A stretch of 64,000 bases of DNA, from positions 26,846,001-26,910,000 of the forward strand of contig CM119376.1 in assembly GCA_051294905.1 (NCBI GenBank), in the 5' to 3' direction. This stretch comes from Botryllus schlosseri (lineage: Eukaryota). The notes under the pieces are model-generated. The model ran no database searches and was not told where the DNA came from. It was given only the letters and a program-made list of their open reading frames with translations. Positions 40,601 through 53,200 of this stretch are shown in pieces. A program made the translations under genes and the position numbers. Each line of letters opens with the position of its first letter. The stretch's first letter is position 1.

Positions 40601-41488
40601 CCCCAACTAGATATCCAAACCTCGTCAGGAATCACATTATGTATTTTGAATAGTTTTGATGTTGACTGGTAATAGTATACTAAACTACTAATTGCAGCAC
40701 TATCAACACCGTCCTCAGTATCTTCCTGTAATTATATACTGTTTTGATTCATGCAGTTTCGCAAGGTACAAAACTAAATCGCAGAACTTCATTAATTTCA
40801 CTCTGAAACTAAACAGAACGATATAGCTGAAATATCTGTGATCGCAACCCCCACTTTATCCGTGACATTTGAAAATAATGAAAATCACATATCCTTGAAC
40901 TGTATTACATAAAGTATCGCTGTAGAGTCGAAGTCGACTTGAACTCTTTCCTTACTATATGAGAAATCGTTTGCGAGCAAGCTTTTTGGGAAGAAATATT
41001 CTGTGATACCGGTAATACATTCAATGGAATCGCTAACATGATTGAGCTGTCTTTCTGGTCACACTATGTACCAAAGCAATTTTAAAACTGTTAAATGTCT
41101 CATTATTCTAATGAAGTCGCACACTATTGGGAGGGCATGGGTCACTCTTTTACAACCGGCAGCTGGAAGGAGTCGTAAACCAGATCAAGCTTGTCCGATC
41201 ATTGCTAATTATGATAGAAAAGAGGAGTTTCTCCCGCCTAATTGTTGATATAGTCACAATTTATCGCGCTTTTACATTGTTAACTGAGTCGTCATAAGAA
41301 ACGAGTTTGCAATACTTACCTGCCATCGAAAGGTGAATAACCCTTACTTTGCCGTGAATCGCTGTGGGCTGAACAGTTTGAATTCCATTTTATAAAATAA
41401 TACTATTTACTGTGGCAAATTTATTCGGTTCGCCATTACCAAGAATCGTGCTCGAGGCATGGTTGAAGTAAGAATAATATTTTTTCAT
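28627..41488 (-). CDS. CUB-domain type I transmembrane protein, paralog B (RS/basic tail with PPxY)
   Basis: Exons 41488-41440 (tentative first exon), 40462-40421, 40322-40217, 40081-39958, 39316-39271, 39121-39020, 37450-37291, 37187-37006, 35984-35870 (TM: TIIAGIAAGGAVLLVVLIVVI), 35358-35217, 32680-32535, 29128-28627; all phases join. CUB: WKHC..LKSPGFP..QCSWVIQSNPGYKVKLAF..NCYTQFVEV..KFCG..GYKVRFDLQGD..KGFDLRY. Confidence 0.87.
29203..31809. mobile_element. Long CTACTT-family element interrupted by a nested hAT element
   Basis: TIRs CAGAGGTGGTCA / TGACCACCTCTG; reverse-complement homolog without the insertion at 60117-61193. Confidence 0.85.
29436..30792. mobile_element. Nested hAT-type non-autonomous element
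   Basis: TIRs CAGTGGTTCTCAACC / GGTTGAGAACCGCTG; perfect TSD ACGTAGTA; homologous to 36157-36960 and carrying fragments of other repeats. Confidence 0.92.
33844..34856. mobile_element. hAT-type non-autonomous element (TIR TAGGGATG)
   Basis: TAGGGATGGTGTGAAC / GTTCACACCATCCCTA; TSD GTAACTGA / GTAAATGA (7/8); GAGGTTCACGTTCGCGTTC subterminal repeats. Confidence 0.9.
36157..36960. mobile_element. hAT-type non-autonomous element
   Basis: TIRs CAGTGGTTCTCAACC / GGTTGAGAACCACTG; TSD GTCTAGAG / GTCTAGAC. Confidence 0.9.
39392..39913. mobile_element. MITE with long AT-rich TIRs (TAGGGTTGCATTTAAAAC); related copies ~33017-33420 and 62177-62593
   Basis: Shared TAGGGTTGCATTTAAAACAAACGGTGTTTTAAAACAC termini and internal GTGACGTCATG. 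Confidence 0.8.
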
Positions 41489-42865
41489 GCGGTGTCTCCA
41501 TTCAAACTCCATCACAGGCCGTTCTCAAGATTGAAAAAGCATCATTCTCCCTTTCGGGCATGCATCGAACACGATGTTTGGTCATGACAAAGTGACGAAA
41601 TGTGCCACTTTAAATACATTTTTTTTATAAAATGACTGAAATTTCAAATTGGAATTGGCCCGCTTATACTCGTTGTAATTGAGTCAATTTTGGTGTGTGT
41701 CATTTGATTACGCAACGTAACAATTTAATCGTTATGTGTTAGTGAAACTTGGAAACAAGTTCTAATACTCCTTATGTAGACGTAATATGTCTGAAACGTT
41801 ACGTGACAGCGATCGACTGCATGTGAATGATCATCAGTATTATAGGCCTAGGCCTAACTACTGTACCAAGATATTACGTGAGTTCATTTTCAACAGTTGG
41901 TGTTGCGGGAGGTTCTGTTTATGTGAAATTACTCTATATAATTGCTTTACCAGTGTAATATTATTCTACAATCAAAATTGCGATGGCGATTAATCGTGTG
42001 CTATGCGTGCGATATCACGCCGTTCCTAAAACCCGTATCGTAGTAAATCGTAGTAATAATGTAATAAAAAACTGTGTTTATTTGATGCAAAGATTGTGAT
42101 CCATGCAGAGGTGGAATCGGTCCGAAACAGGCCCTAAACCCAACGGTGATATTGGAGCTTGATTTAAGACAGAAAACTGATATTCGATGCGAGATGTTCG
42201 GAAATCACATGAACCTTCTTCCTCTATCGACAAAACCGAATTATTAATTAAAACCTAATGTATCACCGATGCTGTATACTCCTGTCATTGTTAAACTTTA
42301 GGCCAATAAACAAGAAACTCTAAATTACACCCTGATGATTACACAAATTGTATAGGAATAGTGAATCAGTTCAATAGCGTCAACAGTTAATGGAGATAGC
42401 CTGGTTAGTCTTGTGATAAAGTTGATTTGCAATCCTTTACCAACATGCTGCTTCAACTGTCCCCGTGCCATAGCCACCATTACTCGCACGCAGATTAAAG
42501 GCATGGCCTACTAAAGAAATCTCATAGGTTGGTTTAGTAGCCTATACGACATCCGACCGGATCAGTCAGTTCCACGTGTTATCCAGCCATTGTATGAAAC
42601 AATTGCATATCGAACGAATATAGCATTTACAACACTACAATAACGAATGACAATAAATAAATTCATATTACAAAATGTGCATTGGCCGTTCCGTCTGATT
42701 CATACCCGAAATGTTATCCTCTAACTTTCAGTCCAAACCCGACTAGGCACGACCCGACACCAGAACCCGTAAATTCCAACCCAATTTCCTGGCACGGTGT
42801 AACCAGATGTTGCCCAATGCCCATATAGGCTACTCATGGTATTGAACTGAACATCATTGCAATAA

Positions 42866-43010
42866 GTCAGAGGCGGGCAACATACGGCCCGCGGGCCGGA
42901 TCCGGCCCGCGGAGAGTTTTCCGTCTTACATGATAATGTGGCCGGCGGAGAGTTTTCCGTCTTACATGATAATGTGGCCCGCGGCCCCAGTCTGCCGAGC
43001 TTTCCCACTA
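42866..43010. repeat. MITE fragment with an internal ~33-bp tandem duplication
   Basis: CAGAGGCGGGCAACATACGGCCCGCGGGCCGG start; GCGGAGAGTTTTCCGTCTTACATGATAATGTGGCC twice in tandem. Confidence 0.75.
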
Positions 43011-43277
43011 CTTGCCTACTACCTCCAATTTTAGTGACTGTATGTTATGATATACTTGTATGCGCAGAGTGCGAGAGTGGAGGTTACGCGTAAGTTTGCC
43101 GAAGCCAGAAGACTTGCATTATCGGTATTTACGATGTACTCAACCATAATGTCGTTTGTGGTAATCATGGTGTTTGTCGACTACAATGGTAATTTACACC
43201 TGGCTGATATTTCTTATTTTTTTCATTCCGTAACCGCCGACTTGTAGCACGGCACACTTCTAGGATTTTGTAAGACG

Positions 43278-43690
43278 TAGGGTTACCATATTTTGGAAAT
43301 CTGAAAAGAGAACACTTTTTAAAAAATTTTCAGACTTACAAAACCGGAGGAAAATCCGGAAAAATGGTAAATTTTTCCCACTTCGTGGTCGGTTGACTAA
43401 AAAAAGAAAGGTCAACTTTCCCGCTCAGCGCCAAAAATACAGTTTTTCCTTTCACATTACCAGTTTTTTGACTAAAAAAAGGTCAACTTTCCGGCTCATC
43501 TCCCGAAATAACCGCTGGAACGTTACTTCAGTGCTAATTTACTGTATCTCAATCGATTTTGCCATGTATTTAACCAAAATTCTCAAAAAAAGAGGACAAA
43601 ATCTCCAAAAAGAGGACATTTGGGCGTCCTACGAGGACACTTTCAAAAAAGAGGACAAATCCTCTTAAAAGAGGACGTATGGTAACCCTA
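43278..43690. mobile_element. hAT-type MITE (TIR TAGGGTTACCATA); related copies 48613-49011 and 58584-58941
   Basis: TAGGGTTACCATA / TATGGTAACCCTA; AAAAGAGGAC subterminal repeats; TSD 6/8. Confidence 0.88.
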
Positions 43691-44237
43691 GTAAGAAACC
43701 GCTTATACCAGGGGTCGCCAACTCAAAACAGGTCGCAGGCCACTTTTCAAATTTCGTAGAGGACGCGGACCGCATGAATTCAATATCGAGATTAATCTGG
43801 CCACACAGTTGAACAACGACGTTATCTCGTCACCTACTCCACCCTAATGAATTGATATCTTGGTAAATTAGGGGTACCGGGGTTATCGAACGCCTTGAAA
43901 TCTTAATTAATAGGGATTGCACCGTGTGTTGATTGATCAGATAGAAGCAGACATGGCGGCGCCCGTATAACAATGCTATTCTCAAATTCACATTGTCTTC
44001 GTCATTATCGGCGAGTAATAATGGCTTTGACGTGACACTGCTGTCGTTAAAATACATTCATTTAATACGATTTATTCGTTGTTGTATATGTGGATAAATG
44101 GGCGAATAATGTGCAATTCGGCCCGCCAAGTACTTAATTTTCCTATATCCGACCCGCCGATTGGAGAAGTTGTCCGCCCCTGCAATAAGTAGATCTACTT
44201 ACTGGGCTTCATAACGCAAATCCATTGAATTCTAGAG

Positions 44238-45995
44238 CAGTGGTTCTCAACCGCCGGTCCGCGGACCGGCACCGGTCCGCGACGACTGTTCTGCCGGTCC
44301 GCCAGACATTTTGTAATTTAATACTTCAATTGCAAAATAAAATAAGTTGAAGGCTTTTTAATTGATGAAGCAAGCAACATATCACCTTTAATACTGAATG
44401 AAAACCTCCCCATTGTATTCATACTACTAATTTTGGGAGTGTAAAAACTTCAGGCAACTTAGTGTTAAATCAAACTCGATGGTGGCCGACATAATATCGT
44501 TAATCAACATGAAGTAGAATATTTTGGTGCTAAATTATTCAATTTCGAATTTTAGGCTCGCTTCGCGCGCTTTAGTGTCACTACGTATTTCTCGATTTAA
44601 TAGTGCGTATAACCGCCCCGGAACAAAATACGCATGAATTTACTGAATTGAAATCTGAAGAATCTTCCTGCATTCTCAATTATGAGAGCATCGCTTAAGG
44701 CCGTTGAAATACTTCAATCTAGGGACACGTAAATAGCGGCTGCATTATCAGCATTGCGGCGTTGGCCATTTCCGCGCCAGGACACACCAAGACATAGAGC
44801 GTTTTGGCCAATACGCGACTTCACGAGAAGTGCGCTGGCAAAAAGATCACATCACTGGCGGTATGTTGGCCGGAAACTTCGATATTGATGTGTTCAGGCA
44901 CCGGAATAGTCGTCACCGACTAGTCCTAATCCAAGCCGCACGCGGTACAAATGCACCCGCGGAGGAAAACAATACTTTCAGTGTTAAAATGCGAATTTAA
45001 AAATAATTTCCCTTCAGTTTAGTCGGGTACGTGTGAGCGACTCCAATAATATTTGAGTAGCCACACTCATTACCTGGGTACACGAAATAACAACATGCTT
45101 CATCAAATTAATTATTGTAATATTGACAAAATTTACTCCTAGTAAACTTCGCGATTCACGCGACAACAAAATAACTGTATACTGATTTTCATAACACTGG
45201 TTGGTGCTTACTAAGCCGATAGAAAAAAATTATTAAGTCTCGCGTATGCCGTTAGCTAATTCGGCTCGGTAAGCGGGATCGGAGGAATTCTTTCCCCAGA
45301 AATTAAGTTGATCGCCCTATGACGACCGTTTTTGGGTGTTCTGTGTTAATTTGGTAAGGGACCGTGAGTCATACAATAGATTGCCAAGGGACCGTTTCGT
45401 GATGTTTTCGAAAAAGTTTGAGAGCCACTGAGTTAACAGAACAAACAAACTCGCTGAGCGCGGCCGAGCAACTTATAGATTGTTGTCTGCTCTTCACGCG
45501 ACGCAGAATTTCACGCAGCATCACTCGACTACCGGCACTTCACTTCGATATCGCTAGAAATCGTTCGAAAACAACGATATATTGCTATAGTCTTCGACAG
45601 AGAAGGAGATTGACACGTCCATAATTGCATAATTACTTTTGCTGCAATATTACCTTTTTTGTAGTCTGTACGCCAAATTGAGAGCTGGGGTCACGGAACA
45701 TTTTCAAATCCGAATTAGGTGTCTTGAGGTCGCAACCATATAAAGGTTAAAAACCCCTGGCGTAGTCGGTTAATCCACGGCCTTCGACACACTACTGCAG
45801 ATTTCCATGAATGCCGTCATGAACACAAATAAAACCCTCAAAATGTCACTCTCTAGCAGCATTCTTGCAAAACATGGTTGCATGCTTTTATCGTAGTTGC
45901 ACTTCGGGTTTATTCAATTTTAAATGTCCACTGGTCCGCAGACTATTTTTTGAAATTTTACCGGTCCGCGAGCTCAAAAAGGTTGAGAACCACTG
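44238..45995. mobile_element. 1.76-kb hAT-type non-autonomous element
   Basis: TIRs CAGTGGTTCTCAACC / GGTTGAGAACCACTG; perfect TSD TTCTAGAG; no recognisable transposase ORF. Confidence 0.92.
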
Positions 45996-46887
45996 TTCTA
46001 GAGTATAGTTCGCCCTATTGACATTAAGGAAAAGGGTTTGTGATACTTGGTATGCCATGTTTTGGTTCATTATTATTGAAGAAATGAGAACTGAACAATA
46101 AACAATGAACATTCTAGGTTGCGTAAGTTAGGCTTCGAATTTTCAACGCACTTGTCCAAAAATTATAACTGCATGAGCCACGATACTAAATGAAATCCTT
46201 CTCCGTACCGATGCAAAACATTGTTCAAATACTGCTCTATTACTCTCTCCCGCGACATTGCTACCCTTAATTTGTCACTGATCTTGGAAGCGACAGGTTT
46301 ACCGACCGTAAATCTCGGATAAACCATGTTCTTTAATAATAAATCCTGTTTACAGCTGACCAGAACATAATATTCTGCCTGACAAAATATGACTCAATAC
46401 AGTGTTCTCCGTGATTTTTAAGTTTCATCATTATCATTGCTAACCTTCTCATCAAAATGACTAAGAATATTTATACATCATCGTATATTCAGAGATTTAC
46501 AGAATACACTCTATTCATAATCTGTAAAGTCATTGCACACGCAATATTAAACACCGGGCACATTTCATGTAGATATTTTCTATGTGAACACTGAATATGT
46601 TGCATTATCTCATCGGCATCTTCGCAGCCTAGGGCTATTTTGAACATAGCCTGTGATGAGTTTAGCGGTATGCGAACTAGAAACTCAAGTTTCCTTGTTG
46701 CGCTTCAAGCAGTGTCGACACATCCGTAATAAAGTCGCATCTCATCTTGATACATCTGAGATTACGTGACAAGTTGTATAACAGGTTGACGTTTTCGCCT
46801 CTCTTGCACGCGCGCGTCGTTTTATGAGAACGCTGCTTCAACGTATTTTTGTCGCAACGTTGCATCTTAATTGCGATGGCTTATAAT

Positions 46888-47283
46888 TAGGGCAAGTTTT
46901 TGCAACTTTTGCAACTTTTTTTACAGCTTCCGGCAGCTTCCTAAATACCCGTAAGATATGTAGAATGCTGTTTTAAGCTGTTTGAAGGAATCTTATAGTG
47001 CAACTTTTTTCAACTTTTGTCCATATTTTTCATGCAACTTTTTCGATTTTTCATGAATGTATTTTCGATTTTGGTGAAATACACGGCCAAATTCGGCTGA
47101 AACACCGCAAATCAGCACCGAAGTAACGCTTTTACGGGTATTTCGGGAGCTGAGCCGGAAAATTGACCTTTTTTTAGTCAACCAAGCAAAATGTGGTCAA
47201 AATGCAATATCTGCAACATTTTTTGAAAATAACTGAATAAATGCAACTTTCCACGAATTTAACTGCAACAAAAACTTGCCCTA
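46888..47283. mobile_element. hAT-type MITE (TIR TAGGGCAAGTTTT)
   Basis: TAGGGCAAGTTTTTG / CAAAAACTTGCCCTA; perfect TSD CTTATAAT. Confidence 0.9.
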
Positions 47284-47534
47284 CTTATAATAATTGATTT
47301 TACTGATTCGTCCACAAATAGCGGAAACAGACCATATCATCCCCTGGAGTAACTGATGACAAATGATTAACAGTGTAACACACCGTAGTAGTGGATTCAA
47401 CGATTTTGAACGGGATATTCGACAGAGCTAAATGTCCCCTGATACGAAGTCGCTTACTGTGAATCAACCGGTACGGTAAGAGTGATAGCTTGGAATAAAA
47501 TTTAGATTCATACCAAGCTGATAATATTTTTGCC

Positions 47535-47760
47535 GGTTAGACAGCGTAATATAGCGGAGCGTCTTGCTTTTTGATCGATAGGTCGTGACTCGTGAGGTCA
47601 ACCCCAGGCCGGGCCGGACCAAAGACCTGATCAGAAAAACTGGCGCCTGGGGCTCCCCCGCTTAGCGCTCAGCATATCCGGGATAGCGTGGATGGAGCGG
47701 CCCAAGACTTACAAAGCCGTACAAGGCGATATATGCTCCTTCCTTATGCAGCGGCATATA
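47535..47760 (+). mobile_element. Degenerate tRNA-derived SINE with a conserved-core-like domain
   Basis: A/B-box-like head (TAGACAGCGTAATATAGCGG...GAGGTCAACCCCAGGCCGG) followed by CCAAAGAC...CCCCCGCTTAGCGCTCAGCAT, resembling a widespread metazoan SINE core (from memory, not searched). Confidence 0.55.
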
Positions 47761-48612
47761 CGTTGATCATGCCGTACGCATGTATATATGCAGATTGTAG
47801 ATGCACATATCGTGTGTATGTCTAAGTGGTCTACATCATGAGTCGGTGTATATGCCGCAAAAACATCAAAAACATATAATGTCCTATTCCTATAGTGGGT
47901 ACGCTACAATAATTTGCCTCGCACACATTTTCTAGAGCACATCGCAGGGCACGCAACTGCACTGTGTACATTTCTACGATGCAGGCACAGATTCCGCAAC
48001 CTTCAAAAGTATAACAATATTTTATCGTCTTTCTTGATGCTCGTATGGAAACACTTATTTACACAGATGGGTCCGATAAGAAACACAGATAAGGTGTTAT
48101 GTAGAACTATTCTGAACATCAATATGTGATATAGAAAATTCTCAGCGCCCCTGTCGCAACCGGACAATCGGACACACATTTATACGAACTTCTTAGCTGC
48201 TCATGTGGAGCATAATGCCTGTTGCAATTATAGGGCTGTACACAATGATTCTAGTACTGGAATCTGATTCTAGTATGCTAATTCTCATGATTCTAGTCGA
48301 GTATATTGAGAGATACTCTCTAGAGAACTGAAATTGCACAATCCTTGCTACCAAGACTAAAGTTATCAACCAAAGTCGTTCAGAGTTATTGTCTCGATAA
48401 TATGTTCCACTCTAAAAGCCTTAAAACCACGATTGGTCGTATCGCAGCACGCGCGTTAGGAGAAATGACATATCTATGAAGTTGTGATCGACAAACAGTT
48501 ATGTCATAGAGTGCAATGAAATAAGCATAGTCGAAAAATAGCAAATTATCTTCATTGTGGTGAGGAAGTGGCGTCATAGTCTTTGTGGTAGCATAAGAGG
48601 TGCATAATATCT

Positions 48613-49011
48613 TAGGGTTACCATATTTTGCGATCCGGAAACCAGGACACTTTTTACAAACCACAAAAGTTAGATTGCCGGACTAGAAAACGGATGATTT
48701 GAAAATCTTCACGGGAAATACTACTGTGTTCACTACAAAAAGGCCATTCTTCCAACTCGACTTCCGAAGGACCCCCTTTATAATAAAAAAAAGGTCATTT
48801 TCTGGTCCGACTCCCGAAAGACCCGCCCGATTCCCGATTTCGCGTCATTTATTGCGTTCTTTAGTTGTGCCTGTCCAGCGGCCTGGCTGTCAAGGATATA
48901 ATGGAGGACGAATTGCCAGAAAAGCGGGCATTTGAGCGTGCTCGGGGGACATTGTCGATTTCCTGAAAAAGGAGAATTATTCCTCCTAAAGGCGGGCGTA
49001 TCGTAACCCTA
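48613..49011. mobile_element. MITE (TAGGGTTACCATA family)
   Basis: TAGGGTTACCATATTT / GTATCGTAACCCTA; TSD not preserved. Confidence 0.75.
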
Positions 49012-50271
49012 ACTTTCCATATCTTTCATACTGTTATGTGTGATTCTCGAATGAAATGGGTGGTACTTAAAATAGTCGACTCGACTTAAAGCCCAATACT
49101 CAATTCAGAGTAGAGTCACTCAGGTACTCGATTTTGCCCAGCCCAGACAGAATGCGGCATATCAAAGATATTTCTGAAAGATGTCGCTGACTTTAAGTTA
49201 CGTGATCAATCCTGATATTCCTTTGCGATAACCTACAAAGTAAAGTGACAGAATGGCGCAAGGTGTACGAAGTTAAACTACGTTGTACGCTCAGTCACGG
49301 TGGCGGCGAATGATTTTGTTTGCTCACCTTGCAATTATTTCTAATCGCTTACGTTTAGATCCGGATTTATCAAATGCGGAATTGATCTTGATTAAGTTCG
49401 AGGCTGCTCGGAATTAAAGTTCAAGGAAAGAGTGCGTCGACCTACCAGTTGACAGCCCGAAGTCGGAAGCACGAAAAGAAGAGGGACTTGGGAACGAGAT
49501 GGCATAGTATTGGATTTTGTCCACTAAAAGAAGACCACGAAATAACATAGAAGGTGAATGCTAACCTAGCAATGTCACTGATATTCTAGCCGTAACGAAA
49601 GTACCGGTAGGTCAAGGTGTATATTTGATAGATAGACTTAAGCAAGTATAGTATCGAATGTATTCGACACCTTCTCATGCATTGTACATTATGCAATGAT
49701 TGCACCGGACTGTATCCTGGGTAGAATTGTGCATTTGTGTAATAATAAACTGATTTGTTAAGTTTGAGGTATAATCTTAGCGCTAGTGACCACTGCGGTA
49801 AATTTGATGAAACCGGACTCAATTGAAAGCTACTTTCACATGGATTCCGAAAATATTTAATAAAATATCGGAGTGCCAGTGTGGTGCATCAGCACTCAAC
49901 TGCCACCATGTACATTGCGTCGGGGAGTTCCCTATTTTAGAAACTTCGCAAAGCCAGAGGGCATCGGGATTTAAAATATTTTTCAATGCCGTCGGAGATT
50001 ACAGGACATTTAGCTACAATGTCTCTAATTTCATTCCAAGGTGAAAGTGATGCTGTTTGGAAAACTATATCAATTTCAACATCTCACAAGGACACTACGA
50101 CACTCATTCCTGCAATATCGTTATGTCAGTTTTCACGCAGCCGCACTGCACTATCTCTCTTTTTGACGAGAGCGACTTCTCGATGTGTCTGTTACTTTCT
50201 CTATGTTCCGCGTTTTGTTTGTCTGTCCGTTTCGCAGTTTTACTCTTGCCACGATATCTTTGTGTAGGTTT

Positions 50272-53200
50272 TTATGCTGCCGGGAGATCTCTCTTTTTGC
50301 GCGATAGCGTCTGTTCGTCGGGTTTGCTGCTTTCTTTGTGTCGCGCGCGTTGTTTGTCCGCCTGTTTCGCAGTTTTAGTCTTGTCGTGCCCGGTTGGTTT
50401 GGCGCTTTTCCGCCGCGATGTGGATTTCAAGGTTTTGGATCCGTTGACCCGTTTTTCTCTCTTTCTGTGTCGTTTCGGATCACCGGTTTGCGAATCTCTG
50501 ACTTTCGCTGTCTTCTTCTTTCGCGCTGTCGAATCGTGTCTCGTTTTTTTGTCTGCTCTGGATGAAGGTGTTGCCACCTCATCGCTGATCGTCTTTTTTG
50601 AGTCTGACTCCTTTGCGACTCCGTCGACATCTTTATCTCGCTTGCGCGATTTTTCACGTTTTTTACCGCGACTGTGCGACGGGTCCTTTCTGCGTCGAGG
50701 CTTACGAATGGGCGGACGGTCGTCTATCGTGTTCCTGTTTTCGTCAATAGTTTCCCGCGTTCCGTCTGGATTTTTTTCAGTTTTGGAAGGTTTAGGTTTG
50801 CGTGTCTTCCTCGGCGCTCTTCCAGCTGGGGTGTCGTCTACGATTGTTTCGTTTGCACTTTTGTCCACCGCGATTGGTTTCTTTTCCCGCTTCCGACGAG
50901 ATGACTTTTTGGGTTTTACTTGTCCATTCGTGTGTCGCTTGTCGTCATGTCTTTTGCCCTCCTTTGGCGTCCTGGTCTCTCTGATGGGTTTTGATTTTAC
51001 TTGATGATAATCAGCTGCTCGTTCTGGTTTGGATGAGGATCTGGGTAGTTTTCCATCTGTGAAAACAAGTGTAGAGTGTTATTTTCGTGATCGATTAGGA
51101 AGAATTCGATTCTAGTTGCTGACGATTACCCCGGTCACCCTTGCCAGCCAAAAATATCCGGTTTCATTTCAATATCAATATTTTTTACAATTGTATTCCG
51201 AAGTTCTGTACCTCCAACACAGCCTTCAAATAGATGTATCAGCAACTATACAAGGTCAATGGGCACCTGTAGCGTATTGGGCGCCATTACGACGGACAAT
51301 GCTTACCGAGTAACATATTTATTTAAAATTACCTGGTAAATCTTTCTTTTGGGACATGCCGTTGTCGGAGTGATTCTTTCGATAAAGCGGTTTTTCGATA
51401 ACGAATCCTGGCAGCATGGGTGACTGTAATTGGACATCAGGGTCAGGGTTACTTCGAATTGAATAGGTATATCAATAAGTATTGATATATCAGTAAGGAT
51501 GTTGGGGTGTTTGCCCTGCACGTACATTAAATTTATTTTCTCCAAAATTCCATTCACTCTGTTCCAGATACTCCTGTTCTTTTTTATCATCGATGCACTT
51601 CCTAAAAGAGAAAGGCAAGGTCAAAATCGATATTCAATTAGGATTCGACCACTCGAATTGGTATCCCCAGCCCTAACTATGATATGCTGTTGTATGAGAG
51701 AAGCGGTGAATCCGCTATACCAGGGGTGTCAAACTCAAATTACGTCGCGGGCCGGATGCAGGACGGCTAAGACTTACATTTCATTGTAAATCCGAAGAAT
51801 AGTAAGTCAACACGTTATTGGTATTTCGTCTATCAGTTCTGATACTTGGAAAATAGGGTCAAAAAGTGTTGAAACTGAGGAAAATTAACGATATTATTAA
51901 TGCGAGCCACTCTATATCACTCGAGCAGAGTGGAAAAGTGGGTTGAACCGGGTTGAACCGGATTGAACTCAAAAATGAACGGTGAGCACAATGACTTGTA
52001 TTCGGACTCGAGTCACAACGATATGACTCGAACTCGACCCGCCACTCACTGACTTGAACTCGGACACGACTCGCTGGTGAATCAAGCATGTAAAGAAACA
52101 GACAACGTATCACGGACCATATAGGCGATAGGGGTTTTATTCGCGAATAATGGAATTGGTTAAAATACGATGATTGGCCAGTTGAATATATTTATGAACC
52201 GCTAAAACAAAGGCGGTAACGACGATATAAGTCGGCATATTTATATGCTGCCTTTGCTTTAGCCGCAAAATGGCGTTTGACATGTGTGTGCGACTGTGCG
52301 TTGCGAGGGATACAAGAGATTCAAATGTAAACGCGGACGTTGGAATTTGGTTCACTATATATTAAACGATATAGACGTCACTGTACGCAGTGATGGAGAA
52401 AAGGTTTTATCGCTTGATATAGGCGGGGCCATTATAATGCCATTTAGCTTTTATCACATAGAGAAAAATGTGTTACCTCTTGATGAACACTCCCACCATA
52501 CAGGCCACCAAGGCGGAAGCAACAAAGACTATGATCGCGATTTGCCACACTGTAAGTGAGCTACCACCTTCGTCATTTTGCTCTCCGTCAACATCTGGCG
52601 GGTCATCTGCATATAAACATTTGAAAATTGGTCATAAAACCACGTAATTGCTAATTACAGAAGTTACTCACTTGCCCCGGGTTGATTTCCTGCCCCGTAC
52701 AGAACTTTTTCTCTGTCAGACAGCGACACGTCGATCTTAGACCCCACCGTATTCTTTACTTTGTTCCTACAATACGTCAAATGGAGACTGTCAGGCCAGG
52801 TATATAATTAACATCGCCATATTGTATTGCATAGATCAGCTCATGCCAGTATCGAATATTTAAATTAAGGATTGGGAAAATAATGCGAATAAATGTTAGT
52901 AACTTTAAGAATTGTAGACATTATAGCATGCCGATACCGAAAAGATCTTACTTCAGGTCCGGGTTCTTTGTTACTGATCTTCTGAAATGATAGGACAAGA
53001 TCAAATTTGAATTAATAATCAAATTAATAAATTAATCATTAAAAGTATAAAAATGCCTAAAAAAAATTAAAACCATAATTCAAAGTAAAAATAAAAGTTG
53101 GATTGTTAAGACAAAAAGAATTGTATACTTCAATTAATGACATACACCGTAAACAAAAATCGACTATTTCTCCGATGTGGTTTTGCCGATGGATTAGATA

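Noticed and set aside
50057-51004. 315-aa hydrophobic plus-strand ORF
   Set aside because: Antisense shadow of the Lys/Arg-rich last exon of paralog C; AAR/AGR codons read as Phe/Leu/Ser on the other strand.
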